Source: Gemmatimonadales bacterium
GTDB lineage: Bacteria; Gemmatimonadota; Gemmatimonadetes; Gemmatimonadales; GWC2-71-9
Reading direction: 5' to 3'
Assembly: GCA_035574255.1 (NCBI GenBank)
Contig: DATLYZ010000002.1
Span: 1,440-65,439, forward strand
DNA length: 64,000 nt
In this document: piece after piece, positions 30,789 through 39,029 of the stretch
Layout: the number at the start of each line of letters is the position of its first letter
How positions within the stretch are numbered: position 1 is the stretch's first letter
Position numbers and translations under genes: made by a program
Notes under the pieces: generated by a model
Seen by the model: the letters and a program-made list of their open reading frames with translations, nothing else
Databases searched by the model: none
What the model was told of the DNA's origin: nothing

Positions 30789-32143
30789 GCGATCCGCGGC
30801 GCGACCTGCCGGCGGTGGACCGCCTGCTGCACGAGCCCCGCATCCAGGCGCTGCTCGAGACGGCGCCGCGGAGCCTGGTGGTGGCGGCGGTGCGCGACGC
30901 GATCCAGGCGGCCCGCCGGAGTCGGTCCGGCCCGCCGGAGGACTGGGCCCAGGACGTCGCGGAGCGGCTCGCCACGCGGGCCGCGCGATCACTCCGCCCG
31001 GTCATCAACGCCACCGGCGTCGTGCTCCACACCAACCTGGGCCGGGCTCCGCTCGCCGAGCCGGCGCTCCGCGCCATCGCGGAGGTGGCGACCGGGTACA
31101 GCACCCTCGAGTTCGATCTCTGCACCGGCACCCGGGGCCACCGGGCGGATCATTGCCGGGGCCTGCTCGCCGAACTGACCGGGGCCGAGGACGCCCTCGT
31201 GGTGAACAATGCCGCGGGGGCCCTGCTGCTCGCGCTGAACGCGCTCGCCGAAGGCCGCGACGTGCTGATCTCCCGGGGCGAGTTGATCGAGATCGGGGGG
31301 TCGTTCCGGATCCCGGACATTCTGGCCAAGAGCGGGGCCCGGCTCCGCGAGGTGGGCACGACCAACCGGACCCACCTCGCCGACTACGAGCGGCATCTGG
31401 AGGGGGCGGCTCTGGTCCTCACGGTCCACCGCTCCAACTTCGAGCAGCGGGGCTTCGTCGCGACCCCGGAGCCGGCCGACCTGGCCCGGCTCGCCCACGA
31501 GCGGGGTGTGCGCTACGTGTACGACGTGGGCAGCGGGTTGCTCGCCGATCTCGCGCCCTGGGGGCTGGCCTCGGAGCCGCGGGTGCAGGACGGCGTCCGA
31601 GCCGGCGCCGATCTCGTGGTCTTTTCCGGGGACAAACTGCTGGGCGGCCCGCAGGCGGGGTGCCTGGTGGGTACCCGGGCGGCCATCGCCCGGTGCCGGG
31701 AGAACCCCCTGGCGAGGGCGCTTCGCGCCGACCGGTTCACGCTGGCCGGCCTCGCGGCGACGCTCGAGCTCTATCGCGACCCGGCGCGGGCCCGCCGCGA
31801 GATCCCGGTGCTCGCCATGCTCACGGCGGACCCGGCCGAGCTCTCCGGCCGCGCGGAGCGGATCGCGGCCCTGGCGCCTGCGGCCCTCCAGCCGGCCCTC
31901 CTGCCAGGCGAGTCCGCGGTGGGCGGCGGCTCGTTCCCCGGGGTGACCCTGCCCACCACCCTGGTGCGGCTCGCGCCCGGGGCGCTCGGCGCCCACGGGC
32001 TGGCGCTGCGGCTCCGGTTAGGCAACCCGGCGGTCGTCGCGCGGGTGCAAGAGGAGGCGGTGCTGCTGGATCCGAGGACGATCGGGGAGGGGGAAGTCGA
32101 AGCGCTGCGAGAGGCGCTGGCGGCGGTGGGCGGCGAGGGGTAA
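30785..32143 (+). CDS. selA: L-seryl-tRNA(Sec) selenium transferase (selenocysteine synthase)
   Basis: ORF 30785..32143; the ATG overlaps the upstream stop (ATGA). N-terminal LPAVDRLLHEP. Contains INATGVVLHTNLGRAPL, ELIEIGGSFRIPD and the PLP-Lys segment VVFSGDKLLGGPQAG. Confidence 0.85.
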   Translation: MSDPRRDLPAVDRLLHEPRIQALLETAPRSLVVAAVRDAIQAARRSRSGPPEDWAQDVAERLATRAARSLRPVINATGVVLHTNLGRAPLAEPALRAIAEVATGYSTLEFDLCTGTRGHRADHCRGLLAELTGAEDALVVNNAAGALLLALNALAEGRDVLISRGELIEIGGSFRIPDILAKSGARLREVGTTNRTHLADYERHLEGAALVLTVHRSNFEQRGFVATPEPADLARLAHERGVRYVYDVGSGLLADLAPWGLASEPRVQDGVRAGADLVVFSGDKLLGGPQAGCLVGTRAAIARCRENPLARALRADRFTLAGLAATLELYRDPARARREIPVLAMLTADPAELSGRAERIAALAPAALQPALLPGESAVGGGSFPGVTLPTTLVRLAPGALGAHGLALRLRLGNPAVVARVQEEAVLLDPRTIGEGEVEALREALAAVGGEG

Positions 32144-32224
32144 GCGGCTCCCCGCCCTCGGCGTCCTTCGCGGCCCGTTCCCTTCAAAGGTTTGCCTGCC
32201 TACCCCTCGTGAACGCCGGTCACG

Positions 32225-33055
32225 CTAGTAGCTGAACGTCGTGATATCCCGCCAGGGCGTGGTATCCGAGGCCGCGAAGCTCCCTGAAAAGATCCGCGGC
32301 GACTGGCCCCGCGCCTGCACCGTCACCACCCAGTCGGTGTTCTGGGCGATGTTGCAGCGGCTCCAGTGGTGCAGTTTCACCACGTAGGTCCCGCTCGGCG
32401 CCCGCCCGGTGGGCCAGACGATGTTCTCGTTGCTATTGAACTCGTTGTTGGCGTCGCGGCTGCATGCGGCGTTGGAATCGAGATCGAGGAATCCGCCGCT
32501 CGTCGAGGCCGTGTCGGCGTAGAAGATCTCCTCGCCGCTCGGATCCCAGACGTGAAGGTCCACGTCGCTCGTATCGCTCCAGGCCACACTGATCTGCACG
32601 TCCCCTGTCCCTACCCCGATCACCCGCAACCGCTGCGTCGAGTAGCTTCCGATCACCCCCGCGGTGCCGACCGCATACTGGATGGCCCAGGTACCGCTCG
32701 ACAGCCCGGTAGAGGCCTGGAGCAGCACCTGGGTACCGGTCCCGCTCGGGACGGCGAGTTCGTAGTAGTCGTCGGTGCCCGGGACCGTCACGATCACCCG
32801 GTCGAAGTTCCCACCGGTGGACGTGAGCGTGGTCTGGCTGCTGCCCCCGTTCACCATGGCTCCGAATCCGTTCACCGTGTGACTCGGGCCGCCGTTCGGA
32901 CCAGGCGGGAAGCCCTGATGAAGCACGGCCTGGACGCTGCCGCTCGCGTCGGTCACCCGAGTGAGAACGTTGGTGATGCTGATCCCCGTTTCCTTGAGCT
33001 GTGCCTCACAGCCGGTAAGCCCCAGCACCAGGACAGCGGTCACGAGACGCTTCAT
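32225..33055 (-). CDS. lipoprotein with C-terminal DUF2135/YfaP-like beta domain (hypothetical)
   Basis: ORF 32225..33055. Lipobox VLGLTGC. The body is Ser/Thr/Gly-rich. The C-terminal segment DVDLHVWDPSGEEIFYADTASTSGGFLDLDSN...APSGTYVVKLHHW resembles the DLDLHV...GG.L..D pattern I recall for DUF2135. Local GC is about 63-68% from my line counts, below the surroundings. Confidence 0.65.
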   Translation of the reverse strand: MKRLVTAVLVLGLTGCEAQLKETGISITNVLTRVTDASGSVQAVLHQGFPPGPNGGPSHTVNGFGAMVNGGSSQTTLTSTGGNFDRVIVTVPGTDDYYELAVPSGTGTQVLLQASTGLSSGTWAIQYAVGTAGVIGSYSTQRLRVIGVGTGDVQISVAWSDTSDVDLHVWDPSGEEIFYADTASTSGGFLDLDSNAACSRDANNEFNSNENIVWPTGRAPSGTYVVKLHHWSRCNIAQNTDWVVTVQARGQSPRIFSGSFAASDTTPWRDITTFSY

Positions 33056-33303
33056 GGTCCTCCCCTCCTCCGTGCAGGACGGCCTGCCCCGAACCTGAGC
33101 GGACGGGGCCGGGGCAATTGAAAGGCCACGACCGGGTCGGGCATGCCTGCCGGCGAAGCCTGCCGCCGAAGGGGCGCGCTAATCGCTTGCACCGGCTCGG
33201 CTTATCGCGGGAGGACGCCTGTGGCCCGGGGTCCGGCCCTTGCCCGCGCACCGCAGGCGCAGCCCCTACTCCGGCCGCGGTGGGTCCCTTATGTTCTTGC
33301 GCC

Positions 33304-33909
33304 ATGCCGATGCGGCTTGCCGTCTGCGTCTCTGGCCGGGGCAGCAACCTGAACGCGCTGGTCGAGACCCTCCGCGGGTCGGTCGAGGCGGAGGTCGCCG
33401 TCGTGCTGAGCGACCGGGCGGAGGCCCCGGCCCTGGCGGTGGCCCGCGCCGCGGGGATTCCGGCGGAGTCGCTCTCCGACTACCGCGATGCCGAGGAATG
33501 GCTGCGGCGCTTGGCGGAGCACCGGGTGGACCTGATCGTGCTGGCGGGATATCTCAAGCTGGTGCCCGCCCCGGTGATCGCCGCCTATCGCGATCGCATC
33601 ATCAACATCCACCCGGCCTTGCTTCCCGCGTTCGGCGGACGGGGGATGTACGGCCGAAAAGTGCACGAGGCGGTGCTGCGGAGCGGCGCCTCGGAGTCCG
33701 GGGCCACCGTCCACCTGGTGACCGAGGAGTACGACCGGGGCCCGATCCTGGCCCAGGCACGGGTCCCGGTGCTCCCGGGTGACACCCCCGAGACGCTGGC
33801 TGCCCGGGTCCTGCAAGTCGAGCACCGGCTGCTGCCCGCGGTGGTGCTCGCGGCCGCTCGCGCCGGACGCCCGGTCCCGCTGACCCAACCCGTGGAGCTC
33901 ATGTCGTGA
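33304..33909 (+). CDS. purN: phosphoribosylglycinamide formyltransferase
   Basis: In-frame ATG 33304 within ORF 33118..33909. Contains RLAVCVSGRGSNLNAL, IVLAGYLKLV, INIHPALLPAFGG and GATVHLVTEEYDRGPIL. Confidence 0.9.
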   Translation: MPMRLAVCVSGRGSNLNALVETLRGSVEAEVAVVLSDRAEAPALAVARAAGIPAESLSDYRDAEEWLRRLAEHRVDLIVLAGYLKLVPAPVIAAYRDRIINIHPALLPAFGGRGMYGRKVHEAVLRSGASESGATVHLVTEEYDRGPILAQARVPVLPGDTPETLAARVLQVEHRLLPAVVLAAARAGRPVPLTQPVELMS

Positions 33910-33919
33910 GGAGGCCGTC

Positions 33920-35449
33920 GTGCCCCGCGCGCTGATCTCGGTGAGCGACAAGCGCGGTATCGTAGCCTTCGCCCAGGGGCTGGTGGACCTGGGCTGGGAA
34001 CTCATCTCCACCGGCGGCACGGCGGCCGCGCTCAAGGCGGCAGGTGTGCCGGTGACGCCCGTCGAGCAGGTCACCGGTTTCCCGGAGATCCTCGACGGGC
34101 GGGTGAAGACGCTGCACCCCGCGATTCACGCCGCCCTGCTGGCCCGGCGTGAGGTCCCCGAGCACATGGCCGCGCTCGCCCAACGGCACATCGTCCCCAT
34201 CGATCTGCTGGCGGTGAATCTCTACCCGTTTCGGGAAACCGTGGCCAAGCCGCAAGTGAGCTTCGAGGACGCCATCGAGAACATTGACATCGGCGGGCCC
34301 GCCATGCTGCGCTCGGCGGCCAAGAACCACGAATCCGTGATCGTGGTCGTGGACCCCACCGACTATGGGCGGATCCTGGAGCTGCTCCGCGCGGGCGGGG
34401 TGCCGCCCAGCGAGCGCCAGGCACTCGCCGCCAAGGTGTTCAGCCATACCGCGGATTACGACGGCGCGATCGCTCGCTACCTCACCCCCCCCGAGGAGGG
34501 ACTGCCGTATCGGCTCGGCTGGTCGTTCGAGCGCCTGATGCCGCTGCGTTACGGCGAGAACCCGGGACAGCGGGCGGCCCTCTACGTGGACGAGGAGCCC
34601 CGCGGCCTCCGGGACCTCAAGCAGCGGCAGGGGAAGGAGCTGTCGTTCAACAACTTGTTGGATCTCGACGCCGCCATGTGGACCGCCTCGCTCTGGTCCA
34701 ACGTCCCCGCCTGCGCCATCGTCAAGCACACGACGCCTTGCGGCGTCGCCATCGCGCCGACCGCCACGGAGGCCTATCGCCGGGCCCTGGCCTGCGACCC
34801 AGTCTCGGCCTTCGGCGGGGTGGTGGCCTTCAACACGGTGGTGGACCGCGCCACCGCGGCGGCGATGAGCGAGACCTTCCTGGAAGTGGTGGTCGCGCCC
34901 TCCTTCCACGACGAGGCCCTGGCGGTCCTCGCCGCGCGGAAGAACCTGCGCGCCGTCGAGCTGCCCGTGATGCGGGGAGCCGGGGGCTACGACTTCAAGC
35001 GGGTCCGGGGCGGCGTCCTGGTGCAGGATCGTTTCGTGTTCGACCCCTCCGACGCCGACTGGAAAGTGGTCACTCAGCGCCACCCGACCGACCTCGAGTG
35101 GGTGGACCTCCGGTTCGCCTGGGCCGCGGTCGCGGCCGTCAAGTCCAACGCGGTGCTGCTCGCCCGGAACGAGATGACCATCGGGATCGGGGCGGGCCAG
35201 ATGAGCCGGGTGGACAGCGCCTTCCTCGCCGTCCACAAGGCCCGGCAGGCCGGCCACGACACGAAGGGCGCCGTGATGGCGTCCGACGCCTTCTTCCCCT
35301 TCGCCGACGGGGTGGACCAGGCCGCCGCCGCCGGCGTCACCGCCATCGTCCAGCCCGGCGGATCGGTGCGCGACGCCGAGGTCGTCGCGGCCGCGGACCG
35401 GCACGGGATGGCCATGGTGGTCACGGGGAAGCGACAGTTCCGGCACTGA
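33920..35449 (+). CDS. purH: bifunctional AICAR formyltransferase / IMP cyclohydrolase
   Basis: ORF 33920..35449, GTG start. Contains ALISVSDKRGIVAFAQ, ISTGGTA, FPEILDGRVKTLHP, and C-terminal QPGGSVRD...MVVTGKRQFRH. Confidence 0.95.
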   Translation: MPRALISVSDKRGIVAFAQGLVDLGWELISTGGTAAALKAAGVPVTPVEQVTGFPEILDGRVKTLHPAIHAALLARREVPEHMAALAQRHIVPIDLLAVNLYPFRETVAKPQVSFEDAIENIDIGGPAMLRSAAKNHESVIVVVDPTDYGRILELLRAGGVPPSERQALAAKVFSHTADYDGAIARYLTPPEEGLPYRLGWSFERLMPLRYGENPGQRAALYVDEEPRGLRDLKQRQGKELSFNNLLDLDAAMWTASLWSNVPACAIVKHTTPCGVAIAPTATEAYRRALACDPVSAFGGVVAFNTVVDRATAAAMSETFLEVVVAPSFHDEALAVLAARKNLRAVELPVMRGAGGYDFKRVRGGVLVQDRFVFDPSDADWKVVTQRHPTDLEWVDLRFAWAAVAAVKSNAVLLARNEMTIGIGAGQMSRVDSAFLAVHKARQAGHDTKGAVMASDAFFPFADGVDQAAAAGVTAIVQPGGSVRDAEVVAAADRHGMAMVVTGKRQFRH

Positions 35450-35566
35450 AGCGCGCGCCGCCCGACGTGGTCAGCCGGACACGAGCCGGGCCCTGGCCTG
35501 GCCGCCCCCACCCGATGCCGCCGGGTCTGACCGCCCGACCGGTGGGGGGCTCCCCGTTCCCCGGCC

Positions 35567-35601
35567 CGGTTCCCGTTCACCGTTGACCGTTGACCGTTCA
35601 C
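35567..35601 (+). repeat. tandem heptanucleotide repeat CGTT(C/G)AC x4, preceded by CGGTTCC
   Basis: Read directly as cggttcc cgttcac cgttgac cgttgac cgttcac, ending 12 nt before ATG 35613. It belongs to the CCGTTNC family described in findings. Confidence 0.6.
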
Positions 35602-35612
35602 CACTCCCTGCC

Positions 35613-37883
35613 ATGACCGCTCCCGAGTCCCCCCGACGCGAGCCCCCCCCCTACCTCGCCGCGACCCTCGTGGCGGGAGCGGTCTTCGGCCTCTACGTCG
35701 TCACCCTCGCACCGACCACCGCGTTCTGGGACACTTCCGAGTACATCGCCGCGGCGTACGTCCTGGGTATTCCCCATCCGCCCGGCAACCCGCTCTTCAC
35801 CATCCTGGCGCACGTCTGGGGCGCGCTCCCCTTCAGTGTCCCGTACGCGGTCCGGATCAACCTCTTCGCCGCCGCCACGAGCGCCGCCTCGGCCGGACTC
35901 TGGTTTCTGGTGGCCGACCGCTGGATGCGCGAGGTGGTGCCGGTCCGGTGGGTCCGCCTCCTGGCCGCCTTCGCCGGCGTGCTGGTGGCCGCGACCATGT
36001 GGACCGTGTGGAACCAGTCCACGGTGAACGAGAAGGTCTATACCGTCTCGATGCTCTCCACGGCGCTGGTCCTCTGGCTCGGCGTCCACTGGGCCGACGA
36101 CGAGCCCGGCTCCCATCGAGACCGCTGGCTCGTGCTCATCGCCTACATCATCGCGTTGAGCTCCACCAACCACATGATGGGCGTCCTGGCCGCTCCCGCG
36201 GTCGCGATGTACGTCCTGCTCACCGACCCCGCGCTGATCCTCAAGCCGTGGGTGCTCTGGCTGGGCCTCGCGCTCGCCCTCGCCGTCTCGGGCCAGTGGA
36301 CCGCGCTGGTCTCCGGACCGGCGCAAGCCCGAGTCCTCCTGGTCCTCGTCTTCGCCGCGCTCCTCGGGTACACCTGGTTCCGTGACCGGAGCGAATTCCG
36401 CCGCCCCCTGCTCTACCTCGGCGTGCTCGCCGTGGTGATCGGGGTCACGCTCAATTACGTGTTTCTCCCGATCCGCGCGGCGCACTTCCCGCCGATCAAC
36501 GAGGGCGAGCCCACCACCTGGCAGGCGCTGCTGGACGTCCTCAACCGGAAGCAGTACGCCAAACCCTCGGTGTTCGAGGTCCGTCAGGCGGACTTCCTCT
36601 CCCAGCTCGGCAACTACGCCCAGTACTTCCGGTGGCAGTTCGCCCGGGACTGGGGCGAGGTCGGCATGCGCGCCACGACCGCGCTCTTCACCGTGCTCGG
36701 ACTCTGGGGCGCGCTCGCCCTCTGGCGCCGCGACCGGCGCGCCTTCTGGGCCTCGGCGACCCTGATGTTCACCCTGACGCTGGCCCTGGTCTTCTATCTC
36801 AACTTCAAGTACGGCTGGTCCTATCCGGTGGACCCCGCCCGGGGCCCGGTGGCCCGCGAGGTCCGCGAACGGGACTATTTCTTCGTGATCTCCTTCGCGG
36901 CGTTCGGGCTCTGGATCGCGGTGGGCTTCGGCGCCGTGCTCCGGGCGATCGCCGACCTGTTGCACCAGTTCGGCGAGCCGCGGCGCTGGGCCCTCGCCAC
37001 CCCCGTCCTCGCGCTCGCCGCCATCCCCCTCCTCGGCAACCGGATCACCGCCCCCCGATCCCACGAGACGGCGGCCCGCGACTTCGCCGAGGACCTGCTC
37101 GAGTCCGTGCCGCCGTACTCGATCCTCATCACGGCCGGCGACAACGACACCTTCCCCCTGTGGTACGCCCAGGAGGTGGAGCGGATCAGGCCGGACGTCA
37201 CGCTGGCCAACCTGTCGCTCATGAACACCACCTGGCACCTGAAACAGCTCCGGCGCCGGGTGACCCCTGACTTCGACCCGGCGCGCGCCGCCCCGATCTG
37301 GCGCGAGGGGTCCTGGCCCAAACCAACCGCCCCGGTCCTGAGCCTCACCGAGCGGGAGATCGACAGCCTCCCCGAGGCGATGCAGGTCCCCAAGGACGGC
37401 GGGGTCCGCTTCGACAGCCTGACGATCTCGTTCGGCCAGAACGTCCTGTTCCTGAGCGACCTCGCGGCGATCTTCCTGATCCGCGACAACCTCGGCAAGC
37501 GGCCGATCTACTTCGCGTGGAGCGCCGCCAACTATCCCGACGAGACCCTGGGTCTCACCGAGTACCTGGTCACCGAGGGGCTGGTCCGGCGCCTCGAGCC
37601 CCGGAAGGTGAAGGAAGGCAACCCGATCGTCTTGAGCCGGGGGCTGGGCTACCTCAACCTCGAACGGACCCGCCGGCTCCTCGAGGAGGTGTACCACTGG
37701 CGGAGCATCGCCCGGCCCCGCCCCCGAGGCTGGGTGGACAAGCCCTCGGCCTCGATTCTCAATCTCTATAGCGTGATCTACGGTGCCGCCGCCCGGACCT
37801 TCCTGGCCAGCGGCGACACCACCTTCGCCGCGCGGGCCGACTCGATCGCCCAGGCCGTCTCGCGTCAGGTGGAACTGCGTTGA
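35613..37883 (+). CDS. DUF2723-family polytopic membrane protein (TMEM260/PMT-like putative glycosyltransferase)
   Basis: ORF 35583..37883, trimmed to ATG 35613. Contains YVVTLAPTTAFWDTSEYIAAAYVLGIPHPPGNPLF and about 10 further TM helices, then a soluble C-terminal domain. The family name is from memory. Confidence 0.75.
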   Translation: MTAPESPRREPPPYLAATLVAGAVFGLYVVTLAPTTAFWDTSEYIAAAYVLGIPHPPGNPLFTILAHVWGALPFSVPYAVRINLFAAATSAASAGLWFLVADRWMREVVPVRWVRLLAAFAGVLVAATMWTVWNQSTVNEKVYTVSMLSTALVLWLGVHWADDEPGSHRDRWLVLIAYIIALSSTNHMMGVLAAPAVAMYVLLTDPALILKPWVLWLGLALALAVSGQWTALVSGPAQARVLLVLVFAALLGYTWFRDRSEFRRPLLYLGVLAVVIGVTLNYVFLPIRAAHFPPINEGEPTTWQALLDVLNRKQYAKPSVFEVRQADFLSQLGNYAQYFRWQFARDWGEVGMRATTALFTVLGLWGALALWRRDRRAFWASATLMFTLTLALVFYLNFKYGWSYPVDPARGPVAREVRERDYFFVISFAAFGLWIAVGFGAVLRAIADLLHQFGEPRRWALATPVLALAAIPLLGNRITAPRSHETAARDFAEDLLESVPPYSILITAGDNDTFPLWYAQEVERIRPDVTLANLSLMNTTWHLKQLRRRVTPDFDPARAAPIWREGSWPKPTAPVLSLTEREIDSLPEAMQVPKDGGVRFDSLTISFGQNVLFLSDLAAIFLIRDNLGKRPIYFAWSAANYPDETLGLTEYLVTEGLVRRLEPRKVKEGNPIVLSRGLGYLNLERTRRLLEEVYHWRSIARPRPRGWVDKPSASILNLYSVIYGAAARTFLASGDTTFAARADSIAQAVSRQVELR

Positions 37884-37979
37884 GTGCGGCCGGCGGGGCC
37901 GGTCGCCGGGGCGCCTTGGGCACGGCTTGTTGCGGCCGCCAGGGCCGGCTATCGTCCAACTTGGTCGTTGGACCGGTCG

Positions 37980-38066
37980 GGCGTGGTGGCAGAGTGGTCT
38001 AATGCAGCGGTCTTGAAAACCGCCGAACCCGCAAGGGTTCCGTGAGTTCGAATCTCACCCACGCCG
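37980..38066 (+). tRNA. tRNA-Ser (anticodon TGA)
   Basis: Cloverleaf: GGCGTGG TG GCA GAGTGGTCTAA TGC A GCGGT CTTGAAA ACCGC, then the long variable arm CGAACCCGCAAGGGTTCCG, then GTGAG TTCGAAT CTCAC CCACGCC G. This is the class II architecture. Confidence 0.85.
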
Positions 38067-38694
38067 CTCCGAGAGGCGAGGGCGGCTCCGCCCGGAAACA
38101 CGCCGCAGCCCCCCGGAACCCCGCCACATCGCTCACGGTGAGCGTGGCGCCTGTGACCGCCCCGCCGGGCGGGGGGATGGACACGGCGAGCGTGAGACTG
38201 TCCACCGGCTGCCAGGACCAGGAGAGCCCGGAGAGCACCACCTCCTGACCGCCGCTCCGGACGATCGCCACGGAACCCTCTCGGCGGTTCACGGTCTTCC
38301 TCCCCTGCAGGTCCACGACGGTGGCGTACACTGTGTCCGACGCGATCCGGCAGCCGAGGACCGCCGGCGCGAGCCGCCGCAACTGGACGATCCGGTGCGC
38401 CGGCACCTCGAGCGTGACGGACAGGCCGTAGCTTTCGTAGTCCGGGTGCGTCACGAGGATCGTGAACGGGCCCGTGGGCACCATGATCCGGAAGCTCCCG
38501 GCGGCGTCGGTCACCACCATCGAGTCGGTACCGAGCACGCGGGCGCCGGCGACCGGGAGGACGGCCAGCGAGTCGAGCACGACGCCCGTGAGCAGCACGC
38601 GCTGCTCCGGGATCGCGGTCTCGTCCGGCGCGGGGGGCGGGCTCCCGCACGCCACGAGACCGGCCAGCCCGGCGGCCGCGAGTCCGTGGCGCAT
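37999..38694 (-). CDS. lipoprotein with carboxypeptidase-regulatory-like domain (hypothetical)
   Basis: ORF 37999..38694. Lipobox LAGLVAC. Contains VVLDSLAVLPVAGARVLGTDSMVVTDAAGSFRIMVPTGPFTILVTHPDYESY. The last ~22 codons run antisense through the tRNA-Ser gene, so the true 3' end is questionable. Confidence 0.55.
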   Translation of the reverse strand: MRHGLAAAGLAGLVACGSPPPAPDETAIPEQRVLLTGVVLDSLAVLPVAGARVLGTDSMVVTDAAGSFRIMVPTGPFTILVTHPDYESYGLSVTLEVPAHRIVQLRRLAPAVLGCRIASDTVYATVVDLQGRKTVNRREGSVAIVRSGGQEVVLSGLSWSWQPVDSLTLAVSIPPPGGAVTGATLTVSDVAGFRGAAACFRAEPPSPLGAAWVRFELTEPLRVRRFSRPLH

Positions 38695-38800
38695 GGACGG
38701 TACAATAGCGCCGGGACCTCCGGGAGCAAGCCGATGCCGCGGCCCGGGCGGCCCGGACCCATCCCGGGCGATGGTCCCAGAATCGGGAGGGATCCGAACC

Positions 38801-38829
38801 TTGTCCCACCCACCCCGAGGGGCTAGAAT
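38801..38829 (+). promoter_or_regulatory. sigma70-like promoter candidate for tRNA-Ser(GCT)
   Basis: TTGTCC, a 17-nt spacer, then TAGAAT. The -10 box ends 11 nt before the first base of the mature tRNA. Confidence 0.35.
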
Positions 38830-38840
38830 CCGCCCCCACG

Positions 38841-38932
38841 GGAGTGGTGGCCGAGTGGCTGAAGGCGGCGGTTTGCTAAACCGTTATAGGGGGAAAAACT
38901 CCCTATCGAGGGTTCGAATCCCTCCCACTCCG
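38841..38932 (+). tRNA. tRNA-Ser (anticodon GCT)
   Basis: Cloverleaf: GGAGTGG TG GCC GAGTGGCTGAA GGC G GCGGT TTGCTAA ACCGT, then a long variable arm (TATAGGGGGAAAAACTCCCTATC), then GAGGG TTCGAAT CCCTC CCACTCC G. Confidence 0.85.
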
Positions 38933-39029
38933 TTCCAGGCCGGACCGCCCCGCCGGTCCGGTGCTGCCTGCGGCCCCAGGCAGCACCCGGTCCGGCGCAC
39001 CCCGTCCTCACGTTGTCCCCATCACCCCC

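Noticed and set aside
33056-33303. A possible ZTP (pfl) riboswitch in the 248-nt GC-rich spacer upstream of purN-purH. The words GGGTCG, GGCGAA and CGCCTGTGGCC resemble the conserved GGGUCG, UGGCGAA and CCGCCUGGGC.
   Set aside because: I could not find the P1 3' strand (CGACCC). The 3' box has an extra base. A -10-like TATGTT sits only 8 nt from the purN ATG, which would leave no room for a leader. An Infernal search with Rfam RF01750 would settle it; a hit above the gathering threshold would overturn this rejection.
37980-38066. A long-variable-arm tRNA about 6 kb from selA as a candidate tRNA-Sec (selC).
   Set aside because: The anticodon loop reads CTTGAAA, so the anticodon is TGA (Ser), not TCA. 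The acceptor stem is 7 bp and the T-stem 5 bp, as in ordinary class II tRNAs rather than the 8+5 Sec architecture.
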